The notes: generated from the sequence alone by a model not told the origin. A stretch of 37,751 nucleotides of DNA from Capsulimonadales bacterium (GCA_033762295.1 JANRLW010000011.1:1-37751); one strand, 5' to 3'; counted from the first letter of the stretch, positions 1 through 9,348 are shown. Translations and numbers: made by a program.

Positions 1-1
1 A

Positions 2-163
2 CATGGTCTCAAACGGATCGATGTTCACGTCAAGGGGCCCGGTTCCGGTCGCGAGACCGCCATTCGCGCACTGGCGCAGGTCGGATTGGAGATCAATCTG
101 ATCCGCGACGTCACGCCGTTGCCGCACAACGGATGCCGCCCGCCGAAACGCCGCCGCGTCTGA
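2..163 (+). CDS. rpsK: 30S ribosomal protein S11, 3' part (5' end outside window)
   Basis: Manual translation of frame 2: ...[15 protein letters not shown]...[22 protein letters not shown], the canonical S11 C-terminus; lies upstream of rpsD. Confidence 0.97.
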   Translation, partial: HGLKRIDVHVKGPGSGRETAIRALAQVGLEINLIRDVTPLPHNGCRPPKRRRV

Positions 164-263
164 TCGTTTCTTATCGTTCGACGGACGACCGTTCGTCGGC
201 ATTTCCGTCGACAACCGATAACGACTCGTAAACCCGTCGTTTGGGACGGGGAGGAAGAGATAT

Positions 264-923
264 ATGTCCAAATCGCCTAACTCGGTCAGCGGCGACGCTC
301 GTTGCCGCCAGTGCCGACGCGCCGGAGAAAAGCTGTACCTCAAGGGTACTCGCTGCTATACCAAGAAATGCGCCGTCGAGCGCCGACAGTCCCAGGGGAA
401 CGTTCATCCCCCCGGACAGCACGGCAACTCCGGTCGCCCCGCCAAGATCACCGACTACGGAATGCAGCTGCGCGAAAAGCAGAAGATGCGCCAGGTCTAT
501 CGCGTTCTCGAAGGGCCGTTCCGCACCTATGTCGAGGAGGCCACTCGCCGCAAGGGCGTTACCGGCGAAAACCTGATGCAGCTTCTGGAAATGCGGCTCG
601 ATAATGTCGTCTATCGACTGGGCTTTGCGTCCTCGCGAGCGCAGGCCCGACAGCTGGTGAATCATGGCCACTTCCTGGTGAACGGCAAACCGGTCGATAT
701 TCCCTCGTATCAGGTCCGACCCAACGATGTCATCACGGTCACCGAGAACTCCCGCCGGATCACCACCATTCAGGAGTCGCTCGGCGGCGGTTCCGGGAAA
801 GCGCCGGCCTGGCTGACCGTGAATCCTTCCGCCTTCGAAGGACGGGTGCTCTCCGCGCCGCGCCGCGAAGAGGTCGACACCCAAATCAAGGAAAACACCA
901 TCATCGAGTTCTACTCCCGCTAA
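264..923 (+). CDS. rpsD: 30S ribosomal protein S4 (Zn-binding Cys-containing form)
   Basis: CRQCRR...LYLKGTRC...KC, YGMQLREKQK, LEMRLDNVVYRLGFA, IIEFYSR; SD GGAGG upstream. Confidence 0.98.
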   Translation: MSKSPNSVSGDARCRQCRRAGEKLYLKGTRCYTKKCAVERRQSQGNVHPPGQHGNSGRPAKITDYGMQLREKQKMRQVYRVLEGPFRTYVEEATRRKGVTGENLMQLLEMRLDNVVYRLGFASSRAQARQLVNHGHFLVNGKPVDIPSYQVRPNDVITVTENSRRITTIQESLGGGSGKAPAWLTVNPSAFEGRVLSAPRREEVDTQIKENTIIEFYSR

Positions 924-1036
924 TTCCGGTGGCTCACGGTCTGCGGTCCGCCGCCGAAACGATCGGTTCGGACGGCGACGCGATCCCGCCGCGGGAGTCC
1001 GCGGACGGTCCAACACCGACCACACAGGAGAAAATA

Positions 1037-2047
1037 GTGCCAACACAGACCATGGACGCAACGACACCGCGCATCGAAACGGTGGAACAGACACAGACGT
1101 TCGGCAAATTCGTTGTCGAACCGCTGGAACCGGGCTACGGCGTGACGCTGGGAAACTCGCTTCGACGCGTTCTCCTCGGATCGATCGAAGGTGCGGCCAT
1201 TACGATGGTGCGAATCGAAGGCGTGCAGCACGAGTTTCAGACCATTCCGGGACTGAAAGAGGACGCGACCGAACTGCTGCTCAACCTGAAGGAACTCTTC
1301 CTCAAGGTGTATGACGGCGAGAGCGAACTGTCCAACGGCCCGCGCATGGTGCGGATCGAGGCGCGGGGCGCCGGTCGTATCACCGGAGCGGACGTCATCT
1401 GCCCACCCGATGTTGAGGTTGCCAACCCGGACTGCTACATCGCGACGATCTCCGATGAAACCGCCAGTCTGTATATCGAAATGCAGGTCGATAAGGGGCG
1501 CGGCTACCGGATGCCGGAACGCTCCCCCAACCGGAACGAAGTGATCGGCGATATCTATGTCCCGTCGGCCTTCAGCCCGATTCGGAAGGTTTCGTTCCAG
1601 GTGGACCCGACCCGCGTCGGCAATCGGAACGACTTCGAACGACTCGCGATCGAGATCACGACCAACGGGACCATCGTTCCGGCAGAAGCGCTGTCGCAGG
1701 CGGCTTTTACGCTCTCACAGTACTTCAACCGGTTCGTGGAGTTCCCCGGCAACGTCACCCGCGCGATCGCAGCGGCGACCAACAACTTCGGCACCGGCAC
1801 CAATGCCCCGGATGCCCGTATCGAGGAGCTGGATTTCTCGGTACGAACTTACAACTGCTTGAAGAAAGCCAATATACTGACCGTCGGCGAGCTGACGCAG
1901 ATCTCCGAAGTCGACCTGATGAACATCCGGAACTTCGGAAAGAAGTCGCTGACCGAGGTCAAGGAAAAGCTGGCCACCATGGGTCTCGCGCTGAAGGATT
2001 CGCCGGAAGGCACCTACTTCGGCGGGGACGACGACGACGACGAATAG
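1037..2047 (+). CDS. rpoA: RNA polymerase subunit alpha
   Basis: EPLEPGYGVTLGNSLRRVLL, alpha-CTD IEELDFSVRTYNCLK...RNFGKKSLTE; start moved to GTG 1037 behind AGGAG (1026-1030), ATG 1052 is an alternative. Confidence 0.97.
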   Translation: MPTQTMDATTPRIETVEQTQTFGKFVVEPLEPGYGVTLGNSLRRVLLGSIEGAAITMVRIEGVQHEFQTIPGLKEDATELLLNLKELFLKVYDGESELSNGPRMVRIEARGAGRITGADVICPPDVEVANPDCYIATISDETASLYIEMQVDKGRGYRMPERSPNRNEVIGDIYVPSAFSPIRKVSFQVDPTRVGNRNDFERLAIEITTNGTIVPAEALSQAAFTLSQYFNRFVEFPGNVTRAIAAATNNFGTGTNAPDARIEELDFSVRTYNCLKKANILTVGELTQISEVDLMNIRNFGKKSLTEVKEKLATMGLALKDSPEGTYFGGDDDDDE

Positions 2048-2114
2048 TTTTGAGAACGGTATGTCGGCCGGAAGAGACTCCTTTTGAGGTCGTCCGGCCG
2101 TCCGGAGATAAAAA

Positions 2115-2492
2115 ATGCGACATCGTATCGGCGGAAGGCAGTTCGGACTGCCGTCCGATCAGCGCCGGGCGCTCCTGAAGGGCCTCGTCCGCTCGATGAT
2201 AATCTATAAACGGATCGAAACCACGGAGACGCGGGCGAAGGATGTTCGCTCGATCGTGGAAAAGCTGGTGACACGCGCCAAGAACGAGCCGGACAGCGTG
2301 CATGCTCGCCGAATCGCGCGTACCTATCTCGGTGGCCATAGCGCGAGCGATGAAGATGTCGTGAAAGAACTCTTCACCGTCATCGCGCCCCAGTTCCGAG
2401 CCCGCCCCGGGGGATATACCCGTATGGCGAAGGTGGGTCAGCGACGCGGCGATGGCGCCCCGATGGTGCTGCTCGAGTTCGTCAACGAATAG
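2115..2492 (+). CDS. rplQ: 50S ribosomal protein L17
   Basis: MRHR..., IETTETRAK, RPGGYTR, RRGDGAPM; follows rpoA. Confidence 0.97.
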   Translation: MRHRIGGRQFGLPSDQRRALLKGLVRSMIIYKRIETTETRAKDVRSIVEKLVTRAKNEPDSVHARRIARTYLGGHSASDEDVVKELFTVIAPQFRARPGGYTRMAKVGQRRGDGAPMVLLEFVNE

Positions 2493-2498
2493 CGGGGA

Positions 2499-3332
2499 AT
2501 GCAGCGCGTTCGCCTGACGCTGGAGTACGACGGCACGGAGTTCGCCGGTTTTCAGCTTCAAGGGAAGGGCGAACGAACGGTCCAGGGGGTTCTGGAAACG
2601 GCGATCGAGCGATTGAGCGGGGTTCCGACCCGTCTGCATGGCGCCGGTCGCACCGATGCCGGAGTTCATGCCTGGGGGCAGGTGGCCCACTTCGATACCG
2701 AATGGACAATTCCGGAAAGCCGGATCGCCGCCGCGCTCAACAGCGTTCTGCCCTCGGATCTCTCGGTCCGTGACGGACGACGGGCCGAACCGGGGTTCCA
2801 TGCGCGTTACGACGCCACGGCGCGGGTCTACCGTTACACGGTGTTGAACCGTGTGAACCCGAGTGCGCTGCTGACCCGATATGCCTGGCATGTGCGGGAA
2901 CCGCTCGACCCGGCCGCGATGCGGGCGGCGGCGGGAGAACTGACCGGAACGTACGATTTTGCCGCCTTCGGAACGCCCGACGCACCCGGCAAGTCGACCG
3001 TCCGCCGGGTGGATCGGCTCTCGGTCACGCCGCGCAAGGACTGCCTGTTGATCACGGTTCGTGGGAACGCCTTCCTGCGACAGATGGTTCGGGCGTTCGT
3101 CGGGACGCTGGTACAGGCAGGGTCTGGGCGTATCACGCCGGAGTGGGTTCGGAGCCTTCGGGAGAGCGGTGACCGCGCCCGCTGTCCCGGTATCGCCCCG
3201 CCCCACGGGCTTTGTCTGGTGAAGGTGGAGTATGACGGTTCGCGAAACCGTCGGGAATTAACGGAATTATCGGATCATATCGAGAAATCACAGGAAACCG
3301 ACCATGAAGACCTATTCGGCGAAGCCGAGTGA
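2499..3332 (+). CDS. truA: tRNA pseudouridine(38-40) synthase
   Basis: YDGTEFAGFQ, AGRTDAGVHA, FHARY, GNAFLRQMVR; position between rplQ and rplM. Confidence 0.96.
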   Translation: MQRVRLTLEYDGTEFAGFQLQGKGERTVQGVLETAIERLSGVPTRLHGAGRTDAGVHAWGQVAHFDTEWTIPESRIAAALNSVLPSDLSVRDGRRAEPGFHARYDATARVYRYTVLNRVNPSALLTRYAWHVREPLDPAAMRAAAGELTGTYDFAAFGTPDAPGKSTVRRVDRLSVTPRKDCLLITVRGNAFLRQMVRAFVGTLVQAGSGRITPEWVRSLRESGDRARCPGIAPPHGLCLVKVEYDGSRNRRELTELSDHIEKSQETDHEDLFGEAE

Positions 3333-3798
3333 AATACAGCGGGACTGGGTGGTACTGGACGCGACAGGCGTGCCGGTAGGCCGTCTGGCGGCGGAAGCGG
3401 CCAAGATCCTTCGCGGCAAGCATAAAGCCATCTTTACCCCGCATGTGGACACCGGCGACCATGTCATTATCATCAACGCGGAACGCGCGATCTACACCGG
3501 GAACAACAAACCGGACGAACCGATCTACCATCATACCCATTACCCGGGCGGCTTGAAGATGGTGCCGAAAGGCGAGTTCCTTTCGAAGCGTCCGGAGGAT
3601 GCGATCAAGCGGACGATCTGGAAGATGTTGCCGCATAACTCGCTCGGCGCGAAGCAGTTGACGAAGCTTCGCGTCTATAAAGGGGCCGCGCATCCGCATG
3701 AAGCCCAGGTGAAAGGCACCGCCTCCGCCGAACGCGCCGAGAAAATCGCGACCCTCGCCACCCGCGCCATGCGCCGACGTCAGGAACCAGGAGTTTAG
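3304..3798 (+). CDS. rplM: 50S ribosomal protein L13
   Basis: [39 protein letters not shown]. Confidence 0.97.
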   Translation: MKTYSAKPSEIQRDWVVLDATGVPVGRLAAEAAKILRGKHKAIFTPHVDTGDHVIIINAERAIYTGNNKPDEPIYHHTHYPGGLKMVPKGEFLSKRPEDAIKRTIWKMLPHNSLGAKQLTKLRVYKGAAHPHEAQVKGTASAERAEKIATLATRAMRRRQEPGV

Positions 3799-3803
3799 GA
3801 ACC

Positions 3804-4202
3804 GTGTCCGATACACAGCAACGATACTATGCGACCGGCAAGCGTAAAAACGCGGTCGCCAAAGTCTGGATTGTTCCCGGGGATGGCAGCATCACCGTCA
3901 ACAAGAAATCGACGATGGACTACTTCCAGCGGCGCACCCTGGAAGCTCTGATCAATCAGCCGTTCGAAATCACGAACACGGTGGGCCGATACTCGGTGAC
4001 CGCGAAGGCGCTCGGCGGGGGGATCGCCGGACAGGCCGGCGCGCTTCGTCACGGCATCTCCAAGGCGTTGATCGAAGCCGACCCGGAACTGCGCCCGGTA
4101 CTGCGCCGCAACGGATACCTGACCCGCGACCCGCGCGTCAAGGAGCGGAAAAAGTACGGCCGCAAACGCGCCCGTCGCGGATTCCAGTTCTCCAAGCGTT
4201 AA
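3804..4202 (+). CDS. rpsI: 30S ribosomal protein S9
   Basis: [36 protein letters not shown]...FQFSKR; GTG start. Confidence 0.98.
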   Translation: MSDTQQRYYATGKRKNAVAKVWIVPGDGSITVNKKSTMDYFQRRTLEALINQPFEITNTVGRYSVTAKALGGGIAGQAGALRHGISKALIEADPELRPVLRRNGYLTRDPRVKERKKYGRKRARRGFQFSKR

Positions 4203-4220
4203 GTACCACCCGGAAGTCAT

Positions 4221-4304
4221 CGGACCGGGCCTGTACAGGCCCGGTCCGGGTATCGTTCCGTTCTTTCCGACTTTCTGCGGGTCCGGAAGCCGTCGGCTTC
4301 CGGA
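4221..4304. terminator. Two GC-rich hairpins between convergent rpsI and dxs
   Basis: Perfect 28-bp palindrome CGGACCGGGCCTGTACAGGCCCGGTCCG (4221-4248) and TCCGGAAGCCG-T-CGGCTTCCGGA (4282-4304); no strong U-tract. Confidence 0.6.
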
Positions 4305-4313
4305 GGCGATCGG

Positions 4314-6230
4314 CTAACGAATCACCGTCTCTATCGGCGTTTCGGCGGCTAGGTCACGGCCGAGCAGTACGCCCGCCTCCGCGATAACCCCCAGCCGGTC
4401 CATACCACAGAGGTTACGCAGGATCGGGATCGAGCCATGCTCGACAAAATGATCGGGAATGCCCAGTGTGCGGACGCGCACGCCGGTGATCCCGTGCTCC
4501 ATCAATCCTTCCAGAACCGCCGAACCGAAACCGCCCTTGACGATTCCGTCTTCCAGCGTGATTAAGCGGCTGGTACGCGCGGCGGACGCCCCGATGGTTT
4601 CCATATCCAGCGGACGAACGAACCGGGCGTTGATCACCTCGGCGTGGATTCCATGCGTTTCCCGCAGGTAGTGCGCCGCTTCCAGAGCCTCATGGACGAT
4701 CGGGCCGTACGCTGCGATCGTCAGATCGTTCCCGCGTAGCAGCACCTCCGCCTTGCCCAGCCGTACGGGTTCGACCGTCTCGGAGAGGGTCTCCCCCGCC
4801 CCGCGCGGATAACGAACGGCGATCGGACCCTTCCGGTAATTCAGAGCGAAACGGACCATTTCGCGCATTTCCGGAATGTCCTTGGGCGAAAGATGAACCA
4901 TGTTGGGAATCGAGCGCAGATAGGCGATGTCGAAAACCCCATGGTGCGTCCCGCCGTCGTCGCCGACCAGTCCCCCCCGGTCGATACCGAAAATAACGGG
5001 CAGGTTCTGCAGACAGACGTCATGCACGATCTGGTCGTAGGCTCGCTGAAGGAAGGTGGAATAGATGGCGCAGACCGGAAGAAAACCCTCACAGGCGAGT
5101 CCCGCAGCAAACGTGACCGCGTGCTGCTCGGCGATACCGACGTCGAAATACCGATCCGGGAATTTCGCCTGGAACTTAGCGAGACCGGTTCCGTCCGGCA
5201 TGGCGGCGGTAATTCCGACGATTTTGTCGTCCTGAGCGGCGACGTCGTTCAGCACCTCGGCGAACGCCTGGGTGTAGGTCGTTCCGCTGGGTTTTTTCTC
5301 CATCTTTCCGTCTTCGACCGTGAACGGCGTGACCGCATGGAAGGTCCGCTGGTCGGCTTCCGCGGGGTCGTAGCCCTTCCCTTTGGTCGTCAGAACATGG
5401 AGAAGAACGGGGCCTTTCAGCGCGCGGGCGTGTTCGAAAACCTGCACCAGAAAATCGACATCATGACCGTCGATCGGGCCAACATAGGTAAAGCCAAGTT
5501 CCTCGAAGAAAAGGCCGGTGTTGGCCGGGGCAGCGAAATGGGTGGCGGCATGTTTCGCGCCGGACGCGGTTTTATAGATCAGGCTGTCGCGCGGCACCTT
5601 TTTCTTAAAGGTATCTTCGGCCTTCTGGTACGCCGTCCAGAGTCGTAATTTGGCCAGGTAGGTCGCCATCGCACCGACGTTTTCGGCGATGCTCATCTTG
5701 TTATCGTTAAGCACCACAGTCATGTCGGTGCGCAGGTCACCGATATTGAGCATCGCTTCGAGGGCCATTCCCCCGGTAAGCGCCCCGTCCCCGATGATCG
5801 CTACGATCTTTTCCGGGCTCTGGCGCAGGTCGCGGGCCTTGGCGAATCCCAGGGCGGCGGACAGGGACGTGGACGCGTGTCCGGCTCCCCACTGATCATA
5901 GGGGGATTCATCCCGGCGAAGGAATCCGGAGATTCCGCCGTATTGCTTGATGGTTGCCAGTCGGTTCCAGCGCCCGGTGAGCATTTTATAGGGATAGCAT
6001 TGATGGCCGACGTCCCAGATCACTTTGTCCTGCGGGAGATCGTACGCTTTGCAGAGAGCGACGGTCAGTTCGATCACACCGAGGTTCGGGGCGAAGTGTC
6101 CACCGACTCGTGAAATCGTGCGAATCAACCCCTGACGTAACTCATCGGCGAGGGAGCGAAGCTCCTCGTTCGACATCGCTTTGAGGTCGCCGGGACCGGC
6201 CAAGCGGTCCAGCATCGGGAAATCGGTCAT
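4314..6230 (-). CDS. dxs: 1-deoxy-D-xylulose-5-phosphate synthase
   Basis: GGH..PNLGV.ELT, WDVGHQ.Y, GHASTS, ThDP motif GDGALTGGMA.EA...LNDN, DVGIAEQHAVT, YSTFLQRAYDQ; ATG 6230 behind AAAGGA. Confidence 0.97.
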   Translation of the reverse strand: MTDFPMLDRLAGPGDLKAMSNEELRSLADELRQGLIRTISRVGGHFAPNLGVIELTVALCKAYDLPQDKVIWDVGHQCYPYKMLTGRWNRLATIKQYGGISGFLRRDESPYDQWGAGHASTSLSAALGFAKARDLRQSPEKIVAIIGDGALTGGMALEAMLNIGDLRTDMTVVLNDNKMSIAENVGAMATYLAKLRLWTAYQKAEDTFKKKVPRDSLIYKTASGAKHAATHFAAPANTGLFFEELGFTYVGPIDGHDVDFLVQVFEHARALKGPVLLHVLTTKGKGYDPAEADQRTFHAVTPFTVEDGKMEKKPSGTTYTQAFAEVLNDVAAQDDKIVGITAAMPDGTGLAKFQAKFPDRYFDVGIAEQHAVTFAAGLACEGFLPVCAIYSTFLQRAYDQIVHDVCLQNLPVIFGIDRGGLVGDDGGTHHGVFDIAYLRSIPNMVHLSPKDIPEMREMVRFALNYRKGPIAVRYPRGAGETLSETVEPVRLGKAEVLLRGNDLTIAAYGPIVHEALEAAHYLRETHGIHAEVINARFVRPLDMETIGASAARTSRLITLEDGIVKGGFGSAVLEGLMEHGITGVRVRTLGIPDHFVEHGSIPILRNLCGMDRLGVIAEAGVLLGRDLAAETPIETVIR

Positions 6231-6558
6231 AATTCCTTTTTCACTCCCACCGACGGTCAATGAAGCAAATTCCGGCGAGCGGTAATCCGTCTATCCCGCA
6301 CTCGGTAAAATTTTACTAATACTGAAACCACTATACACCATCTTTTCGGGATTTTACTAAAAACCAGTTACTTTGCGGTGCAAAGTAGTGTATGGGCAAA
6401 CCGTGGTTCTGTCAATCACCGGCCGGTCCCCGTCGATGGACCATGACTCTTGCAACGCATGGTCTGCCCGTTGGTTCCCGGTTCCGCCGGTCGTCGCTGA
6501 CGGTCGATCACCGTTCCTTTCGCATTTCCCGTGCCGCGCGGCGTTCGGGGAGGCGCGG

Positions 6559-7353
6559 CTAGGAACGCGGGGTCATAAAGAACCATTGTTGCGGAGGACG
6601 ATATTCGCCGACCGCCGTTTTTCGTTCTTCCGGGGTCAGAAAGTCGAGGGCGGGCCAGTCCCCGGGATTGCGTTCCCGGCTGGAAAACTCCCGAATATGG
6701 TGCGAACCGTCGAAATTTCGCCGGAGTGTCGACGAGATGGCGGGATCGAGGTGGTCATGAAGTTCGACCAGGAGATCTCCGGTCCGGAACGGCGGAACCC
6801 GGTTCGGGTCCAGAAGGAATGCTTCGCAACCATCGCAGTCGCAGACCGTCAGTGTTTTCCCGCGCAGGACTTCGCTGAGCGTGGCGAAGTCGGCGGCACC
6901 ACGCACTTCCACACGATCGGCGACCCGGTTAAGCGTCGCCATTTCGTTACACAGTCGCCGGGCATGGTCGTCGGTATCGAACGCCACCACCCGGGCACCG
7001 GGAAACCGGCGGGCGAGTCCGACCGCGTAATACCCCTCCGCACAGCCGATATCGACGATGGTGTCGTAGGACTGAGCGAAAATATGGTCAAGAGCGGAGG
7101 CGACTTCGATCTCATAAGACCCCAGAAGTTTGGGAATCAGCACGCTTCCGGTCGATTCGCGAATATAGTCCATTCCCTCGAAGGGGCCACCGATCACCTT
7201 TCGACCATAGCGGGCCGTGAACTTTTCGGTCAACGTCGGTAACCCGAGCGATTCCTCGAAACGTCGGATATGGCGACGACGCCACGCCCGCTGCATGGAT
7301 TGCGCCGGTCCCGGCATCAGCGTCATCAATATTTTCTTGGCGATTTCTTTCAA
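6559..7353 (-). CDS. Class I SAM-dependent methyltransferase
   Basis: Motif I VDIGCAEGYYAVG, acidic motif II VAFDTD, CDCDGCE; TTG start at 7353 behind GGAG is inferred. Confidence 0.75.
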   Translation of the reverse strand: MKEIAKKILMTLMPGPAQSMQRAWRRRHIRRFEESLGLPTLTEKFTARYGRKVIGGPFEGMDYIRESTGSVLIPKLLGSYEIEVASALDHIFAQSYDTIVDIGCAEGYYAVGLARRFPGARVVAFDTDDHARRLCNEMATLNRVADRVEVRGAADFATLSEVLRGKTLTVCDCDGCEAFLLDPNRVPPFRTGDLLVELHDHLDPAISSTLRRNFDGSHHIREFSSRERNPGDWPALDFLTPEERKTAVGEYRPPQQWFFMTPRS

Positions 7354-7496
7354 CGTCGTCTCCGATGGTGGCAGACAATAAGGACAGTTTACCTGAGAGA
7401 AGGAAGGAATCGGCGGGAAGAGAAAAAAGATGGAGGGCAGACAATCTCGCGTAGAAAACGGCAACAGGACCGGAATCGATCGAAAGGAAACGTAGT

Positions 7497-8579
7497 TTGG
7501 GACGGGTTTTCACCGTTATTCGGAACGGCGACGAGCCTTACCGGGGAGCGCCCGACCAAGACCACCCGATGGTTATGGTTATTGACGTCGGCGCCCTGTT
7601 CGGGAAGACCCTGCATAGCCATGACATGGATAACTTTCTCGCGGCGTTGGGCGATGCCAGCGATCTCCTTCGTTCCGATCTCCCTCCCTTCCAATTCCTG
7701 ACCATCGACCTCTCCAACCTGACCTATGTGACACCGTCCGGACTCACCTGGCTACTCGTCGCCCTTCATGCACTCCGAAACCCAAATCGACGGAAGCAAG
7801 AACCCTCTATTGACATACCGACGTCGGAGGGACGGCAGCCTGCCACGAACCCGACCGTTCGAGTCATCCCGCCCGGTCCGCCTCACCAATTACATTACTG
7901 GTTGAAGTGGATGGGGTTCTTCGAATTCGTCGAAGAACATGGCATCGCCTGCGATTGGGAAAAGCCGAAAGTGGCCCTTCCTCCCGACGCGGAGCGGCGA
8001 TTGAAATCGCAGACCGTTCTGGTCCTGACCGAACTGCGTACCGGCGTGGACGTCGCCCGTGTGGTACGCGAGGTCACCGGGAGTGTCGCAACACTTTTGC
8101 AGAACCATCTCGGCTACACCGGATACGACGTAGCGATCCTCGGGATGATGTTATCGGAGGCCTGTCATAATATCCTCGACCACGCCGGTGAAGACGCCTG
8201 CGGTCTGGTCGCGGCGCAGGTCATCCGGCGGAGCAAACAGCTTCCGTATGTTCAGATCGGAGTGGCCGATAACGGAATCGGAATACGATCGAGTCTCAGC
8301 CGTGCCCACCCCGACGCATCGACCTGGCCCCATGAGCAGGCGATCCGTGAGGCGCTCAAACGGGGCGTCAGTGGTGTCCCGGAGGAGGATCGCGGGCTGG
8401 GCCTCTGGAGCATCGTGGACAAAATAACGGACTACCAGGGTACTCTTCATCTGCGATCGGGAGATGCACGGGTGCGGGTCAAGGCCAGGGAGGATGGTTC
8501 CGTGGACTATAACGTCTACCCTTCCCATGCGTCCGTTCCGGGAACGATGCTCTGCCTGACGCTACGCAAGCGAACATAG
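7497..8579 (+). CDS. STAS-like + GHKL (HATPase_c) ATP-binding protein, anti-sigma/Ser-kinase-like
   Basis: N-box SEACHNILDHA, G1 VADNGIGI, G2 DRGLGL, terminal PGT; N-terminal IDLSNLTYVTPSGL resembles STAS; no obvious H-box; start uncertain (TTG 7497 or ATG 7569). Confidence 0.75.
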   Translation: MGRVFTVIRNGDEPYRGAPDQDHPMVMVIDVGALFGKTLHSHDMDNFLAALGDASDLLRSDLPPFQFLTIDLSNLTYVTPSGLTWLLVALHALRNPNRRKQEPSIDIPTSEGRQPATNPTVRVIPPGPPHQLHYWLKWMGFFEFVEEHGIACDWEKPKVALPPDAERRLKSQTVLVLTELRTGVDVARVVREVTGSVATLLQNHLGYTGYDVAILGMMLSEACHNILDHAGEDACGLVAAQVIRRSKQLPYVQIGVADNGIGIRSSLSRAHPDASTWPHEQAIREALKRGVSGVPEEDRGLGLWSIVDKITDYQGTLHLRSGDARVRVKAREDGSVDYNVYPSHASVPGTMLCLTLRKRT

Positions 8580-8602
8580 CCCGCATTTCCGCGTCCTCTT
8601 CC

Positions 8603-8640
8603 TTGACATGATTCCGTCTATCGCTCATACTGAATTCAGT
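8603..8640 (+). promoter_or_regulatory. Sigma70-type promoter with overlapping palindrome
   Basis: TTGACA (8603-8608)-N17-CATACT (8626-8631); palindrome ACTGAATTCAGT (8629-8640) covers the -10/+1 region. Confidence 0.65.
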
Positions 8641-9304
8641 GAAAACGATTGATGCACAAAAAGGTTCGGCGCTGTTCCGGTCCGCCCCCCTTTTGCTGGA
8701 CCGCGACCTGGTGCTGTCCGATGGCCAGCCGCTGGTCAGCGGGTCAACGAGCGATCGCCTGATTCTGGTCGGCAGACGGGAGGGCAAGAGGCTGGCAGCC
8801 ACTCTCACACAGAGGATGGAAGCGCTGCCCAGGCGGAGCGTCCTGCCGATCGATTGTCGCCAGGTACATATCATGGATATATCGTTCGGGGACGATGCCT
8901 TTACCCGTCTGGCCAGAGGACGCAAGGACGATGGTCGGTTCTTCGTACTCGAAAACGTCGGTGAGGAGTTGGAGGCCAATCTCGACACCCTGACGAAAAT
9001 CCGAGGATTTTGTTGCCCATGCTGGCTTTCCGACCGTAACCCGTCCGGCGGAGCCGCGCCGGCAAATTTGCCGACCATCCTGGGAGACCTCGGCCAGGAG
9101 ATGCGAGACACTTACGGGGTCGCATGGCAAAGAGGGAGGATTACCGCCCGCGATTTGATCGAGGAGATGCCGGGAGCGAAACTGACCATCGCCGCAGCGA
9201 GCAATCGCCTGAACCGCTTGGCTGATGAAGGCGTACTCGTCGCACTCGAGGTCGAGGCGATCGAAGGGGGAGGTCGGCAAAAGGTCTACGCCCCGATCGG
9301 TTGA
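8639..9304 (+). CDS. STAS-like (DUF4325-like) + winged helix-turn-helix protein
   Basis: PIDCRQVHIMDISFGDDAF...FVLEN (STAS-like); ITARDL...TIAAASNRLNRLADEGVL...GGGRQKVY (wHTH with wing). Confidence 0.65.
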   Translation: MKTIDAQKGSALFRSAPLLLDRDLVLSDGQPLVSGSTSDRLILVGRREGKRLAATLTQRMEALPRRSVLPIDCRQVHIMDISFGDDAFTRLARGRKDDGRFFVLENVGEELEANLDTLTKIRGFCCPCWLSDRNPSGGAAPANLPTILGDLGQEMRDTYGVAWQRGRITARDLIEEMPGAKLTIAAASNRLNRLADEGVLVALEVEAIEGGGRQKVYAPIG

Positions 9305-9315
9305 ACATCGCATTG

Positions 9316-9348
9316 AAAAAAGGCCGCCGTGAAAGGCGGCTTCACTTT
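9316..9348. terminator. Intrinsic terminator-like hairpin
   Basis: A-run + GCCGCC-GTGAAA-GGCGGC + TTCACTTT directly after the wHTH gene. Confidence 0.5.

Noticed and set aside
6297..6305. CGCACTCGG as a possible att copy of the tRNA 3' end (CGCACCCGG)
   Set aside because: Only 8/9 match; a better 10-mer occurs by chance inside truA (2981); no integrase present
6373..7242. 289-aa plus-strand ORF
   Set aside because: Antisense to the methyltransferase, which has the recognisable motifs
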